From Coleofasciculus chthonoplastes F2-STO-03 (GTDB lineage Bacteria; Cyanobacteriota; Cyanobacteriia; Cyanobacteriales; Coleofasciculaceae): a stretch of 62,674 nt of DNA. Under the pieces are notes generated by a model. The model saw nothing but the letters and a program-made list of their open reading frames with translations. It did no database searches and had not been told where the DNA came from. The stretch spans positions 1 to 62,674 of the forward strand of contig JAVJWO010000210.1 in the NCBI GenBank assembly GCA_040222015.1, given 5' to 3'. The position numbers and the translations under genes are program-made. Every line of letters begins with the position of its first letter. Position 1 is the first letter of the stretch. Positions 20,548 through 32,541 of this stretch are shown one piece after another.

Positions 20548-21355
20548 TTGTACTTATATCTTGCGCCACTCCCGTTAAACCACCTTGGGTTCAAACCCAA
20601 GGATTAACGCGAAAGTCAGCTAAGGTTGTCAAGTTCTAATAATTTAAACTATTAGTTTATCCAGAACGGTTTAAATTTTCCAATCATGTTACTGTCTTAA
20701 CAAAACGTCATAATTGCTCGTTTTTTACCTCTGTTTGGGAAAAAGCTACGATTTTTCAGGGGTTTCGGCGATTGTGAGGGGATTGTACCATTTTAAGGTA
20801 TACTCTTTACTGTGGGTGTTTTGTAAGTCAAAATAATCTTGACCCAGCTAAATCCCTTGAATATTCGTAGAACTTTGTATAATTTATGGTTTTCGTCTCA
20901 CGCCCAATATCCCATTGGACGCATGTATTTTGTTAAAGTTACGATAAAAATTATTGCCAAGTATTGACAAAAACACAGATTACACAGATGAGATGGTATG
21001 TTCCCAAACACTGAATAGTGAGAGACACAGATTGACACAGACAACTAAACTGAAGTTCCCCCCATTCAGATGTACTACACCCAGGCTAAAGCATTACACC
21101 GTAGGGGTTTTAGCGCTAAAACCCCTCAAAAATCGTACATAAGTAGCACTTGCCAAAATAGCGCGTTGGCGGAGCCTGTTCCTTCAGAACGTATCGCTAA
21201 TGATTGCAATATGACAAGAGATCGGTTGAAACCCACGCTACATCAAGGTTGAGCGCGATTGTACCCATGTAGGGCGGCTAAAAAATCGCGGAAAGCCGCA
21301 CGGTGAGGCAGTTTTGATTTTTTGGCTGGGGGAACTTCAGTTTAAAAGGTCAGCA

Positions 21356-21703
21356 TCAGCGCCGAGGAATAATAATGTTACTACCTCTATGTCTCAGTCT
21401 TGGTCTATTCACTGAGGGGCAAATATCACTGACTCGCGTTGAACCAGTAGGGACAACTTTCTCTCTCCAGTCCGAACAACGAATCTTAGCAGAATTTCTT
21501 TGAGTCACTCTGATTAAATCATTGGGATTCAGAGATTCAGGAGCATTGATACGTCTATACCGTAACCAGTGACTGCGTTTCAGTTCGACACTACCAATTG
21601 AGAGTAGGTGATATTGAGCAGGAAACGCCACAGTCGGATAAATCATGCTGATTCCTACCGTTAAAGTCAATAGTGTCCGCAGATATAATCTTCGTACTTT
21701 CAT
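21356..21703 (-). CDS. hypothetical secreted protein, possibly truncated
   Basis: Signal-peptide-like N-terminus; overlaps the stop of the upstream fragment by 4 bp. Confidence 0.55.
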   Translation of the reverse strand: MKVRRLYLRTLLTLTVGISMIYPTVAFPAQYHLLSIGSVELKRSHWLRYRRINAPESLNPNDLIRVTQRNSAKIRCSDWREKVVPTGSTRVSDICPSVNRPRLRHRGSNIIIPRR

Positions 21704-22184
21704 GGCAACTCCTCAGTCTTTAAACGTTGTTGTGCCTCGTAAAACCATTCATCCTCTTCTGGTCTATGTCTATCTGGAGGTCCTGGATATTTATCACAGT
21801 TAACCCACGCCTCTAACGCTTGTTTATCTAACTCTTCCAATGCCTGTGCTAACAAACAATAAGCCGAGGCTTGCTCAGTTGGGGATTGGTCAAAAACCAC
21901 CACCAGGCTGCTGATGGAGGATGAAAACTTGCTCGCCAGTTGGCTAAGTCAACACTTTGAACAATTTTTTCGGTTTGTCCCTTGAGGCGTTCGTCGAGTT
22001 GCAGCAGAGCTAGGAGAAGTTGGGCTGATTGGTGAGAAGATTGAGAAAGGGCTACTCCAACGGCGTCACGAGCGATTAAAACGTCTAGGATTTGCTCCGG
22101 TGATGGGGACTCAACTGCCTCGACTGTATGCAAGGCAGTATCATAATCCTTTAATGCCGTCTCTAATGGAGAGCTCATTCTCAA
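21700..22184 (-). pseudogene. TPR-type protein remnant (N- and C-terminal fragments joined out of frame)
   Basis: The N-terminal ORF (LIARDAV...WRASFHPPSAAWWWFL) switches frame near 21890 to a C-terminal fragment (AYCLLAQALE...PEEDEW). Confidence 0.55.
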
Positions 22185-22310
22185 TCCCAGAGATTTTTTC
22201 TAGATTTTGGATAATATCCAGTATGCCACAGCTTAAATAACAGCACTGGCTTGGATAAAGCAAAAGCATTATCCATTCAAGCTATTTAGGGGACTACCTT
22301 GGATTCTCGG

Positions 22311-22560
22311 GTAGGGGCGACCCGCTTGCATAAATGAACAACTGTATCCACTCAATTGGGTCGGGTCGCCCTCCACTTACGGCAGATTGCAGGGGGAGTG
22401 ACAAGCTAGGGCGGGTGCAAGTTGTTCATTTAGTGAGGAGGGCGGGTGCAAGTTATTCATTTATCGGTGGGGAGGGCGGGTGCAAGTTGTTCCGTTATTG
22501 GTGAATATTTGAATTGAGTCCCTAAACCCGCCCCTACAATTGTCCCTAAACCCGCCCCTA
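22311..22560. repeat. cluster of GTAG-type REP hairpins
   Basis: GTAGGGGCGACCCG...CGGGTCGCCCT, three copies of AGGGCGGGTGCAAGTT and two copies of CCCTAAACCCGCCCCTA. Confidence 0.8.
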
Positions 22561-23382
22561 GACTATTGCTTTATCATCTTGATTCACGACCCGATTTAAT
22601 TTACCACTGTGATACCCTTCTAAATCTAGGGTGACATATAAAAAGCCTAAATCTTGAAACGCTGATACCAGAGTCGGTAAATCCATGGTCAACACAAATT
22701 GTTTAATTTGTTCCGGCGATAATTCAATGCGTGCGGTATCCCCTTGGGAACGCACCCGCAAATTTTTCCACCCTAATTTCCGTAAATAAACTTCTGCCCG
22801 CCCTACCCGTTGCAGTTTCGCGATCGTAATTTCTTCGCCGTAAGGAAAGCGAGAACTTAGACAAGGTTGTGCAGGTTTATCCCACCAGGGAAGTCCTAAC
22901 TGCTGTGAAAGTTGGCGCACTTCCGCTTTCGTCACCCCCACTTCCGCTAAAGGCGATCGCGCCCCTCGTTCTTGCGCCGCTTGAATTCCTGGGCGATAGT
23001 CCCCCAAGTCATCAGCATTGACGCCATCCACGACATAGGGATAACCCCGTTGCAGCGCCAAAGGTTTCAGCGTATCGTGAAGTTCACTTTTGCAAAAATA
23101 GCAACGATTAACCGGATTCGCCGTATAATTAGGATTATTCATTTCATCGGTTTGCACCAATTCATGAGGAATGCCAATCACCGCTGCTTGAATCCGGGCA
23201 TCTTCCAATTCTTCAGGTAGCAGAGACGGGGATTCGGCAGTTACAGCTAAAGCGCGATCGCCTAAAGCCTGATAAGCAATCTTGGCAACTAAGGTGCTAT
23301 CCACTCCTCCAGAATAGGCAATCAATGCCCGATCCATTTGAGCAAATAAGCGGGTGAGTTGTTCAAGTTTATTATTTAACAT
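22558..23382 (-). CDS. larE: ATP-dependent sacrificial sulfur transferase LarE
   Basis: PP-loop AYSGGVDS, NRCYFCK, DYRPG, PCLSSRFPYG and LRVR motifs. Confidence 0.9.
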   Translation of the reverse strand: MLNNKLEQLTRLFAQMDRALIAYSGGVDSTLVAKIAYQALGDRALAVTAESPSLLPEELEDARIQAAVIGIPHELVQTDEMNNPNYTANPVNRCYFCKSELHDTLKPLALQRGYPYVVDGVNADDLGDYRPGIQAAQERGARSPLAEVGVTKAEVRQLSQQLGLPWWDKPAQPCLSSRFPYGEEITIAKLQRVGRAEVYLRKLGWKNLRVRSQGDTARIELSPEQIKQFVLTMDLPTLVSAFQDLGFLYVTLDLEGYHSGKLNRVVNQDDKAIV

Positions 23383-23481
23383 AGTTGTCAAGACAGATGA
23401 CTCCAAGGCAGAAGGCAGGAGGCAGAAGGCAGAAGTTATGCCTTATTGTAGGGGATTGTAGGGGATTGTAGGGGCGGGTTT

Positions 23482-23653
23482 AGCCGTTTAATTGGCGGGT
23501 ATACCGATAAGTTATCAACAAAACCCGCCCTCTTATCGTTTATATTTGAGCGGAATGGTAAATGACGAGCCGTTTAATTGACGGGTATACCGATAAGTTA
23601 TCAACAAAACCCGCCCTCTTGTCGTTTATATTTGAGCGGAATGGTAAATGACG
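23482..23653. repeat. 86-bp tandem duplication containing a REP arm
   Basis: 23482-23567 and 23568-23653 differ at only two positions. Confidence 0.9.
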
Positions 23654-23711
23654 TAGCTTGCTTGGAGAAGAGCGAGTATGACACAAACAAAGGACAAATG
23701 ACCAATAACAA

Positions 23712-24827
23712 TTAAGCCAAAAGCGATTCCCCTTGTTCATCCGAAGTTGCCAACTCTTCTAAACGTTCCTGTTGATCCTGGGTAATACAAGATTGAATCA
23801 CAGACTCCAAATCCCCTTCCAGCAAGCTATTCAGAGAATAGTTTTGACTCAAGCGATGATCCGTGACCCGATTGTCCTTATAATTATACGTGCGAATCTT
23901 CTCCGATCGCGAACCCGTCCCCACCTGCGATCGCCGCATCGAGGTTACCGCTTCCTGTTGCTCCCGCAGCTTCATTTCATACAATTTAGCGCGGAGAATT
24001 TGCAACGCCCGCTCTCGGTTTTGCAGTTGAGAACGCTCCTCAGTACAGAAGATCCGAATCCCCGTCGGCTTGTGGAACAGATCAACCGCCGTTTCCACCT
24101 TGTTCACATTCTGTCCACCAGCGCCACCGGAACGGGCTGTGGAAACCTCTAAATCCTTCGGATCAACCTCAATTTCCACATCATCCACTTCTGGCATTAC
24201 CGCCACAGTCGCGGTTGAGGTATGAACTCGTCCTCCTGCTTCCGTCACCGGGACTCGTTGCACCCGATGAACACCCGCTTCAAACTTCAGCTTGCTATAA
24301 ACCTGTTCCCCTTGAATTTCCAGAATCGCCTCTTTAAAGCCACCCATGTCAGCCGGGGACTCGCTCAATAGCTTCACCCGCCAGTTCTGAGTTTCGGCAT
24401 AACGCGAGTACATTCGTACCAAATCCCCCGCCCAAATACTGGCTTCGTCGCCCCCGGTTCCTGCCCGAATCTCCAACATGATGTTCTTCTCATCATTCGG
24501 ATCACGCGGCAAGAGTAAGATTTTCAGGCGTTTTTCCAGTTCCTCAAGCTTGGTTTGCAGTTCCTCAACTTCCAGGGCTGCCATTTCATGCATTTCCGCA
24601 TCCCCATTGGCTTCCTTAAGGATTTGCCGAGCGCCAGTTAGTTCCTCCTGGGCTGTTTTCCAGAGTTCGTAGGTGCTAACCACTTCCTCTAGGGACGAAC
24701 GGGCTTTTGCCACCCGCTGAACTTCCACCGGATCAGTGGCAATATCCGGGTCAGCCAAACGGCGCGTTAATTCGTGAAAGGTTTGTTCAACCGATTGTAA
24801 TTTATCGAGTAGGTAAGTTTCCGCCAT
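23712..24827 (-). CDS. prfA: peptide chain release factor 1
   Basis: PVT anticodon motif and GGQ motif. Confidence 0.97.
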   Translation of the reverse strand: MAETYLLDKLQSVEQTFHELTRRLADPDIATDPVEVQRVAKARSSLEEVVSTYELWKTAQEELTGARQILKEANGDAEMHEMAALEVEELQTKLEELEKRLKILLLPRDPNDEKNIMLEIRAGTGGDEASIWAGDLVRMYSRYAETQNWRVKLLSESPADMGGFKEAILEIQGEQVYSKLKFEAGVHRVQRVPVTEAGGRVHTSTATVAVMPEVDDVEIEVDPKDLEVSTARSGGAGGQNVNKVETAVDLFHKPTGIRIFCTEERSQLQNRERALQILRAKLYEMKLREQQEAVTSMRRSQVGTGSRSEKIRTYNYKDNRVTDHRLSQNYSLNSLLEGDLESVIQSCITQDQQERLEELATSDEQGESLLA

Positions 24828-24935
24828 GGTTACAGCGATCGCTCCATTAAAATAGCCTAAAAAAGCATTGAAGAGCGAAGTCTAACTAGTAAGAGTTAGG
24901 CTCCGCTACCGTCGAACACACTTCAAGCTACCTCG

Positions 24936-25181
24936 CTATTTCTCTTTAGACGATTGCTGCTCCGAGGCATTTCCTTCTAACATGCCGTATTTCCGCATAA
25001 AGCGTTCCACACGACCTTCCGTGTCAATAATTTTTTGGGTTCCGGTGTAGAAGGGATGATTTCCCGACCACACATCAACATGAATTTCCGGCTGGGTTGA
25101 ACCAACCGTCATCACAACTTCTCCGTTGCAATAGACTTTGGCGTCTGGATACCACTGGGGATGAATATCAGGTTTTGGCAT
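24936..25181 (-). CDS. rpmE: 50S ribosomal protein L31
   Basis: KPDIHP...HPFYTG...GRVERF. Confidence 0.97.
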   Translation of the reverse strand: MPKPDIHPQWYPDAKVYCNGEVVMTVGSTQPEIHVDVWSGNHPFYTGTQKIIDTEGRVERFMRKYGMLEGNASEQQSSKEK

Positions 25182-25266
25182 GGTTACTTTCCTCTATAAG
25201 CAAGCGTTTCTTCGTTCTGTAGTTTTGGGCAAGTCCCCCCAATTTATCTATTGTATTACCCAAATT

Positions 25267-25683
25267 CTAACGCTTCGAGTATTGGGGAGCTTTGCGGGCT
25301 TTATGTAAGCCATATTTCTTCCGTTCTTTGGCACGGGGATCGCGCGTTAAATACCCTTCCATCTTCAACGGAGAGCGATTTCCCGGGTCAAGTTCACAAA
25401 GCGCCCGCGCCACACCTAAGCGAATCGCATCCGATTGTCCCGTCAACCCACCGCCGTGAGCATTGACTAAAATGTCGTAATCATTTTCTAGACCCAGGGT
25501 TTCCAAGGGTGATTTGGTCACCATTAAATAGGCTGGATTGAGATTAAAGTAGACATCGCCGGGACGCCCGTTAACAACGAGTTGACCCGTCCCTGGAACT
25601 AGGCGCACCCGGGCAACTGAGGATTTACGGCGACCCGTTCCCCAGTAAACAGCGCGATTTTCCATCGGTTCTGTTGCTTGCAT
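25267..25683 (-). CDS. rpsI: 30S ribosomal protein S9
   Basis: GTGRRKSS...KAPQYSKR. Confidence 0.98.
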   Translation of the reverse strand: MQATEPMENRAVYWGTGRRKSSVARVRLVPGTGQLVVNGRPGDVYFNLNPAYLMVTKSPLETLGLENDYDILVNAHGGGLTGQSDAIRLGVARALCELDPGNRSPLKMEGYLTRDPRAKERKKYGLHKARKAPQYSKR

Positions 25684-26138
25684 TAGTCTTGTTCTCCTGG
25701 AATAGTTTTAATGGTTAAGGTTCGAGGCTTTTGAGCGTCATGGGGATGAGCTGCACCCGCGTAGACTTTCAGCTTAGTAAAAAGTTTACGACCGAGGGAA
25801 TTCTTTGGCAGCATCCCTTTAACCGCCTTTTCAATAATCCGTTCTGGTATACGGGCTTGTAAATGGGCAAAGGTTTCCGTCTTCATCCCACCCGGACGAC
25901 CGGAATGGCGGCGATAGAGCTTCTGGCTGCTTTTTTTTCCGGTGACGACGACTTTCTCGGCATTGACCACGATAACGAAGTCCCCTGTATCCAGATGCGG
26001 GGAATAGATCGGTTTATTTTTCCCTCTAAGAATCATGGCAATTTGAGTGGCCAATCGTCCCAGACGTTGACCTTCGGCATCAATAACGTACCAATTTTGT
26101 TCTAGGGAATCCTGAGTTGGCAGGTAAGTTTTTTCCAT
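25683..26138 (-). CDS. rplM: 50S ribosomal protein L13
   Basis: WYVIDA..LGRLA...GMLPK. Confidence 0.98.
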   Translation of the reverse strand: MEKTYLPTQDSLEQNWYVIDAEGQRLGRLATQIAMILRGKNKPIYSPHLDTGDFVIVVNAEKVVVTGKKSSQKLYRRHSGRPGGMKTETFAHLQARIPERIIEKAVKGMLPKNSLGRKLFTKLKVYAGAAHPHDAQKPRTLTIKTIPGEQD

Positions 26139-26171
26139 GAGTTTTATTTGATTACTTCAAACGGTAAACAG

Positions 26172-27023
26172 TTAACCTAAACACACTTGAGGGGGCGTCT
26201 CGGTCGGCAAGATAAACTTCGGCTGAGTATCAAACCACGTTTTTGGCGGAAACGGCGAGTTAGGGTAACCCACTCGTAACAAACACAGACCCTTTGCTGG
26301 TGCTGAATATTTAATCCGCTCCCGTTGTTGATTCACCCACAGTTGAGTAAACTCGTGGGGATCAAGGTTGCCCCGCCCTACCTCCACCAGCATGCCGACG
26401 AGTAGCCGCACCATGCCGTATAAAAATCCATCCGCCTGAATTTCAATATGAATAAATGAACCATTCCGGTAACAGTGGGTGTCCTGAACCGTGACCCAGG
26501 AATGCTTCCGTCCAGAGTTGGCGCGATGGAACGCCGCGAGGTGGTGTTTTCCCCGTAGCGGATTGAGTGCTTCCTGAATCCGATGTTCATCTAAGGGAGC
26601 GTGATAGTAATGCCAACTAAACGGTCGCACAAACAAGTTGGGACAAGCGTCTGTATAGATACTGTACCGATACCGACGCCAAATCGCCGAAAAGCGAGCG
26701 TGCCAATTGGCGGGTACGGGGGCTGATGCCCGAATCAAGATATCCTCCGGTAGTCGGCTATTGAGCATCGGCATCCACCGCTCACCGGGAATCGGAGTAC
26801 TACTGTTAAAATGGGCGACTTGGGCAGCGGAATGAACCCCTGTATCAGTACGCCCTGCAGCGTGTAAGGTTACAGGTTTTCCTTCGACGGTGGACAGAAC
26901 TTGCTCAATGTCCGCTTGTACCGTGCGATGGTGAGGCTGTCGTTGCCAACCATAGAACTTTGTGCCCAGGTATTGAATCACCAGGGCAATGCGTTGAGTT
27001 GGCTTAGCCTCGCACTCGGACAT
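26172..27023 (-). CDS. truA: tRNA pseudouridine(38-40) synthase
   Basis: YLGTKFYGWQ, AGRTDTGVH and FLYGMVR motifs. Confidence 0.96.
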   Translation of the reverse strand: MSECEAKPTQRIALVIQYLGTKFYGWQRQPHHRTVQADIEQVLSTVEGKPVTLHAAGRTDTGVHSAAQVAHFNSSTPIPGERWMPMLNSRLPEDILIRASAPVPANWHARFSAIWRRYRYSIYTDACPNLFVRPFSWHYYHAPLDEHRIQEALNPLRGKHHLAAFHRANSGRKHSWVTVQDTHCYRNGSFIHIEIQADGFLYGMVRLLVGMLVEVGRGNLDPHEFTQLWVNQQRERIKYSAPAKGLCLLRVGYPNSPFPPKTWFDTQPKFILPTETPPQVCLG

Positions 27024-27032
27024 GACTTGAGT

Positions 27033-27383
27033 TCACACCAGCTCGATAATTGCCATTTCCGCATTATCCCCACGACGGCGCAGGGTTCTGAGTACGCGAG
27101 TATACCCACCGTTACGATTGCCATAGCGATCATTCACCCCTTCAAACAAGGCATGAACTAACTGCTTGTCGTAAATATAACCCAAGGCTTGACGGCGAGA
27201 CGCTAGGGAGCCATCTTTTGCCAAGGTAATCATTTTTTCCACTTGGGAACGCACAGCTTTTGCCCGCGTTTTAGTGGTGGTGACTCGACCATGACGAATC
27301 AACTCTGTAGCTAAGCTTCTGAGCAGCGCTCGACGCTGGTCGGCTGGTTTTCCCAGTTTGGGTACGCGACAACGATGACGCAT
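27033..27383 (-). CDS. rplQ: 50S ribosomal protein L17
   Basis: MRHR...GGYTR...RRGDNA. Confidence 0.98.
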   Translation of the reverse strand: MRHRCRVPKLGKPADQRRALLRSLATELIRHGRVTTTKTRAKAVRSQVEKMITLAKDGSLASRRQALGYIYDKQLVHALFEGVNDRYGNRNGGYTRVLRTLRRRGDNAEMAIIELV

Positions 27384-27479
27384 TTTCTTTTATTCCTCTA
27401 CAATCCCACAACAACGAAAACTTTTTCAATCAAATGGCTAATCGAGTTGACGATTAGCCATTTAGTCTCAATCCTTACC

Positions 27480-28427
27480 TTAAGTTGGTTTAGCCGATTT
27501 TTCGTGGGGCAATGTAATCCCCAAGCGTTTTTGCAAGGCATCGATGACTTCTTCGGCAGACTTTTGACCAAAGTTCTTGATTTCGAGCAGATCCTCCTGG
27601 CTATAATCTAGTAAATCAGCAACGGAGTTAATTTGCGCTCGCTTGAGGCAGTTATACGCCCGCACCGACAGTTGCAGTTCTTCAATCGGAATTTGGCTGG
27701 TTGGATCTTCATCTTCAGGACGACCCACAGGCTCTGGCTTCAGCTCGATATCTTTCAGGGGATTGAATAAATCCACCAGAATATTAGCGGCTTGACTCAG
27801 TGCTTCCTGGGGTGACAGGCTGCCATTTGTCCAAACATCTAAAATTAAGCGGTCTTTTTCCAGGGAACCGTCAATACGAGTATCCTCGACGCTGTAGTTG
27901 ACCTTGGTCACCGGCATGAATACGGCGTCAAGTTGCAGGAAATCGACTGAAGATGTTTCATCACGACCCCGTTCTACAGAGCGATATCCTTTGCCTCTTT
28001 CTATACGGAACTCCATTTCCAGTTTGGCACCGTCGGCTAGGGTCGCGATATACTGACCGGGATCAACAAATTCTACGTCCGACGGTAGGTCAAACTGAGC
28101 CGATCGCACGGTTGAGGGGCCAGTGATCATGACTCGACCAATATGGGGTCCGGGTGTATAACTTTTGAGGACGACTTCCTTCATATTCAGAAGAATTTCT
28201 AGGACATCCTCTCTGATTCCCTCAATGGTGGCAAACTCATGATTGACTCCAGCAATCCGGACAGCCGTAATCGCTGTACCTTCTAGGTTAGACAGGAGAA
28301 CCCTTCTCAGGGCATTCCCAACTGTTGTACCTTGACCGCGTTCGAGAGGTTCTAGGACAAATTTGCTATATTGACTTTGATTCTTTAGTGTTTTGGATTC
28401 TACGCACTCAATCTGAAACTGCGCCAC
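27480..28427 (-). CDS. rpoA: RNA polymerase alpha subunit
   Basis: EPLERGQGTTVGNALRR and LSVRAYNCLKR; GTG start behind a GGAGG RBS. Confidence 0.98.
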   Translation of the reverse strand: MAQFQIECVESKTLKNQSQYSKFVLEPLERGQGTTVGNALRRVLLSNLEGTAITAVRIAGVNHEFATIEGIREDVLEILLNMKEVVLKSYTPGPHIGRVMITGPSTVRSAQFDLPSDVEFVDPGQYIATLADGAKLEMEFRIERGKGYRSVERGRDETSSVDFLQLDAVFMPVTKVNYSVEDTRIDGSLEKDRLILDVWTNGSLSPQEALSQAANILVDLFNPLKDIELKPEPVGRPEDEDPTSQIPIEELQLSVRAYNCLKRAQINSVADLLDYSQEDLLEIKNFGQKSAEEVIDALQKRLGITLPHEKSAKPT

Positions 28428-28696
28428 GGAGTGACCTCCCTCCTTTAATTCATAGGAACCCATCAAAAGCACCAAGCGAGTACTTTTGAATTTTTGTTGC
28501 GCCTAACCCACAATTTGGTACAAGTGGCAATAAGCAAAGTATTAGTGGTTGGCATAATTCGCTCAATGCTGACACTTGATTTTGTTGTCGAGTCGAGACG
28601 GATGCGGGTTAAACCAACGTGAAGGTTTGATTGAGATATACCCTAAATCAAACTCTGGCTTTGGCTTCCCCAATTCCCGCTCCCAATTTCCCGTTC

Positions 28697-29089
28697 CTAG
28701 ACGCGGCGTCGTTTCGGGGGACGGCAACCATTATGAGGAATTGGCGTGACATCCCGAATTAGGGTAATTTCTAGTCCTGCCCCTTGCAGGGCGCGAATAG
28801 CCGTTTCTCGACCTGCACCAGGACCGCTAACCATTACCTCAATTTGACGCATTCCTTGGTCTATCGCTCGACGGGCGGCGTTATCGGCAGCGGTTTGAGC
28901 GGCAAAGGGGGTGCCTTTCTTAGCTCCCTTAAACCCACTTGATCCCGCCGATGCCCAGGAAACAACATCACCTCGCGTGTCAGAAATGGTGACAATGGTA
29001 TTGTTGAAGGTGGACTGGATGAATCCCATTCCATTGGGAACGTTTCGTTTCTGCTTTTTTGTACCAGTTTTTTTAGTTGGTCGCGGCAT
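28697..29089 (-). CDS. rpsK: 30S ribosomal protein S11
   Basis: STFNNTI...[13 protein letters not shown]. Confidence 0.98.
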   Translation of the reverse strand: MPRPTKKTGTKKQKRNVPNGMGFIQSTFNNTIVTISDTRGDVVSWASAGSSGFKGAKKGTPFAAQTAADNAARRAIDQGMRQIEVMVSGPGAGRETAIRALQGAGLEITLIRDVTPIPHNGCRPPKRRRV

Positions 29090-29138
29090 ATCGCTTTAGT
29101 TGGCTATCTTAATGATGGGTGTGAACTGAATAAGAGTG

Positions 29139-29522
29139 TTACTTCTTCGCTGGTGCTTTTTTCTTACCGGCAACGGCAATACGTCTACCCCGGCGGGTAC
29201 GGGCATTGGTGCGGGTTCGTTGACCGCGCACAGGTAACCCTTGGCGATGACGACGCCCGCGATAGGTACCAATATCAACCAGGCGCTTGATATTCATGGC
29301 TTCCCAGCGCCTTAAGTCTCCCTCGACTTGATAGTCGCCCTCTACCACTGATCGCAGGCTGGCTACGTCAGCATCGCTTAAATCCTTGACGCGGATATCC
29401 GGATTAACGCCCGTTTTTGCCAGAATTTCTTTGGAGCGAGATAGACCAATTCCGTAGATGTAGGTTAGACCAATTTCTATTCGTTTATCACGAGGTAGGT
29501 CTACACTGGCAATTCTTGCCAC
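29139..29522 (-). CDS. rpsM: 30S ribosomal protein S13
   Basis: ARIASVDLP...[13 protein letters not shown]. Confidence 0.98.
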   Translation of the reverse strand: MARIASVDLPRDKRIEIGLTYIYGIGLSRSKEILAKTGVNPDIRVKDLSDADVASLRSVVEGDYQVEGDLRRWEAMNIKRLVDIGTYRGRRHRQGLPVRGQRTRTNARTRRGRRIAVAGKKKAPAKK

Positions 29523-29582
29523 GGTATTTTTCTCCCTTTTGCTGGTTTTGTGCTACAAATGAGTCTTATAGAGTCTGGTGGA

Positions 29583-29696
29583 TTACCCCTGACGTTGTTT
29601 GTGCTTGGGGTTTGGACAAATAACCATTACTCGACCTCTACGTCGAATAACGCGACATTTTTCGCAAATTTTGCGGACGGATGCTCTAACCTTCAT
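29583..29696 (-). CDS. rpmJ: 50S ribosomal protein L36 (not in the ORF track)
   Basis: Translated by hand: [37 protein letters not shown]. Confidence 0.97.
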   Translation of the reverse strand: MKVRASVRKICEKCRVIRRRGRVMVICPNPKHKQRQG

Positions 29697-29783
29697 GGTT
29701 TTTTTAGTGACAACGCAAGCACATTATTATATCATTTTTTGGTTTTCGCGTCAAATAATTCCCGAAATCAACCCTACCGATTT

Positions 29784-30008
29784 TTATTTTTTGCGAAGTC
29801 GGTAGGTGATTCGCCCCTTGCTCAAGTCATAAGGGGTCAGTTCAACTTTGACGCGATCGCCCGGTAAGATTTTGATGTAGTTACGGCGAATTTTGCCAGA
29901 AATATGGGCAAGGACGTTGAAGCCATTATCCAAATCAACCCGAAACATGGCGTTCGGCAAGGATTCGGTTACCGTCCCTTCCATTTCAATTAAGTCTTGT
30001 TTAGCCAA
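29784..30008 (-). CDS. infA: translation initiation factor IF-1
   Basis: ESLPNAMF...HISGKIR...GRITYR. Confidence 0.98.
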   Translation of the reverse strand: MAKQDLIEMEGTVTESLPNAMFRVDLDNGFNVLAHISGKIRRNYIKILPGDRVKVELTPYDLSKGRITYRLRKK

Positions 30009-30223
30009 TTTTGTCGTTCCTCAATACAATTGGTCACTGATTACCCTCCACACAGATAGAGATTGAGATTTGTCCAGGGAGTGTTAACTTATGTTATCAA
30101 AATCCTCCCGCAAAGAGCCTGTCCCAATTAAGGGAAGCCTTAGAAATAGTAACGACTTACCAGAGAGGAGAACATCCCTCAAAAGTGAGACGGCGTTCCT
30201 TTTCCGGCTTGAGCATTGATGAC

Positions 30224-30778
30224 TTAACTCGACATCACCTGCTTGAGAGAGTCCGTAACCGCCTCCATTGGTCTATCCCCATCAATCTCGCGTAAGATTG
30301 AGTGATCGCGGTAAAACTCAATCACCGGCGCCGTCTGTTGGCGGTAGACGTCTAGGCGTCGCCGAATCGTCTGCTCATTATCATCTTGGCGTCCCCGTGA
30401 GAGTAACCGTTTCAGGATGGATTCATCGGGGACATCCAAATAAATGGCATAATCGCACCGCTGATCGAGATCCTGAAGTAGATTTTCCAGAAAAGCCGCT
30501 TGGCTAACATTACGAGGAAACCCATCTAAAATCCAACCCGCTTTAGTATCAGATTGTTTGAGGCGATCGCGAATCAAATCCAGAATCAATTCATCTGGCA
30601 CCAACTCCCCTCGTTCCATATAGGACTGCGCCTTTTGTCCGAGTGGTTTAGATGCGGCGATCGCACTCCTTAGAATATCCCCAGTAGATATGTGAGGAAT
30701 CTGATAAAGCTGAGCGATATGCTGAGCTTGTGTTCCTTTTCCTGCCCCTGGTGGTCCTAAAAAAACTAATCGTGTCAT
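30224..30778 (-). CDS. adk: adenylate kinase (short LID type)
   Basis: [16 protein letters not shown] and LDGFPR motifs. Confidence 0.97.
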   Translation of the reverse strand: MTRLVFLGPPGAGKGTQAQHIAQLYQIPHISTGDILRSAIAASKPLGQKAQSYMERGELVPDELILDLIRDRLKQSDTKAGWILDGFPRNVSQAAFLENLLQDLDQRCDYAIYLDVPDESILKRLLSRGRQDDNEQTIRRRLDVYRQQTAPVIEFYRDHSILREIDGDRPMEAVTDSLKQVMSS

Positions 30779-30786
30779 TGGTTATT

Positions 30787-30848
30787 TGTCATTCGTCCTT
30801 TGTCCTTTGTCCTTTGTCCTTTGTCATTTGTCCTTTGTCATTTGTCCT
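30787..30848. repeat. STRR heptamer array (TGTCCTT/TGTCATT)n
   Basis: Tandem heptamers; related arrays at 37137-37222, 41696-41741 and 60638-60670. Confidence 0.9.
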
Positions 30849-30978
30849 CTCCTCTGTCAATTTGATGTCTTTTCTACAACGCGGCTCAAATCCAGCTCTC
30901 ACCTCTATAGAAAAACTGCCGATTTAGGGTTCATCAACACTGAACAAAGGACAAGTAACCAATGACATAGCCCAAATT

Positions 30979-32325
30979 TTACTGCTTAACCATACCCTCG
31001 TAACGCTGTGAAATCACATACGTTTGAACTTGTTTCGCCGTGTCAATTGCCACACCGACCAAAATCAGTAACGAGGTAGCCCCTAGCCCTCTAAACGTGG
31101 TCACTCCCGTGGCACTTTCGACAGCCGTTGGCACAACCGCCACCAGTCCCAGGAAAATAGCACCCAAAAATGTTAACCGATTCAGCACTCGCTCAACATA
31201 GTCGCTTGTGGCTTTACCTGGACGAATTCCCGGAATACTCGCTCCCATTTTCTTCAAATTCTGCGACATATCAACCGGATTCACGATCAACGACGCATAG
31301 AAATAGCTGAAAAAGAGAATTAACACCAGATAAACCAGTACATACAGCCACGGTGTCGGGCCATTCGGGCTGATATAAAGTGCCACCTGATTTACCCCTT
31401 GCATGAGCGAACCTAAAAAGCCTTCACCCGTGCCACCACGAGCAAAGCCAGCCAAAGACGTAGGCAGAATCAACACCGCTGAGGCAAAGATAATCGGCAT
31501 TACCCCACCTTGGTTCAGTCGTAGTGGCAAATAACTCGTCCGTTCTCGATAGAGGCGACGTCCAACTTGTCGTCTTGCCGAAATAATCGGAATCCGGCGC
31601 GTTCCCTCCTGAACGAAGACAATCCCGACAATCATCACCAGGAAAACCAGGAGCAAAATGACCACCTTACCTGCCATTTCTCTCCCCCCCGTCTGCGCCA
31701 ATTCAATCGTTTGACCCAATGTCCGAGGCAAAACTGCCACAATATTGACAAAAATCAACAAAGATGCACCGTTACCAATCCCGCGTTCGGTAATCACTTC
31801 CGAAATCCACATCACAAACATTGAACCCGCCGTGATGGCTAGCACAGTTTCCACAAAGAACAGAGTTCCGGGATTTGTGGCAAATCGGCTGGCAAATATT
31901 GCTAGACCCACACTTTGCAATATTGCCCAACCCAGGGCAACATACCGGGTAATCTGAGAAATTTTCCGACGTCCGGCTTCCCCTTCATTCTTCTGCAAAT
32001 TTTCCAGCGTGGGGATAGCTGCCGTCAGCAACTGTAAGATAATTGACGCATTAATATAGGGCAAAATCCCTAGGGCAAAAATTCCCAAAGCCGAGAATCC
32101 TCCCCCAGAGAAAAAATCTAAAATGCCAGCGATGGGAACGTTGCCACCTTGGATGGCTTGGGCAAGTTGTTCCCGATCAATTCCCGGTACAGGTAAAAAG
32201 ACACCAAACCGGGCTAGGATCAACAAACCGATGGTCAAAAGCAACCGACCTCTAAGACCGGCAGCTTGTGCCATCTGCATAAATGTTTCTTGAGCCGTTG
32301 GAGCTTTGTCTCGACTGACGACCAT
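30979..32325 (-). CDS. secY: preprotein translocase SecY
   Basis: FALGILPYINASII, GIGNGASL and IPGIRPG motifs. Confidence 0.98.
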   Translation of the reverse strand: MVVSRDKAPTAQETFMQMAQAAGLRGRLLLTIGLLILARFGVFLPVPGIDREQLAQAIQGGNVPIAGILDFFSGGGFSALGIFALGILPYINASIILQLLTAAIPTLENLQKNEGEAGRRKISQITRYVALGWAILQSVGLAIFASRFATNPGTLFFVETVLAITAGSMFVMWISEVITERGIGNGASLLIFVNIVAVLPRTLGQTIELAQTGGREMAGKVVILLLVFLVMIVGIVFVQEGTRRIPIISARRQVGRRLYRERTSYLPLRLNQGGVMPIIFASAVLILPTSLAGFARGGTGEGFLGSLMQGVNQVALYISPNGPTPWLYVLVYLVLILFFSYFYASLIVNPVDMSQNLKKMGASIPGIRPGKATSDYVERVLNRLTFLGAIFLGLVAVVPTAVESATGVTTFRGLGATSLLILVGVAIDTAKQVQTYVISQRYEGMVKQ

Positions 32326-32541
32326 AAAGGGGTACCTCCAGATGACACAGTGTTGACCTCTCCCTGGTATAAATAAACAGGGATTCTAATAGGATACTTC
32401 GGGGCTAATTAAAATCGCGTCCCTTCGGATCGTATTAGAGTTCCAGATCAATAACCTGGATGGCGCGGTCAAAAACGCCCTACGGACCTTGGTTAGATCA
32501 AGACCTAACTGTATCTCTACTTTTGTGACATACTCCCACGC

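Noticed and set aside
20560..21350. ORF-poor AT-rich stretch with hairpins and CACAGAT repeats as an ncRNA or IS
   Set aside because: Only short REP-like hairpins and weak 7-bp inverted ends are visible; no element could be delimited.
23482..23653. 86-bp repeat as a CRISPR array or an attachment site
   Set aside because: Two abutting copies with no unique spacer and no cas or integrase gene nearby.
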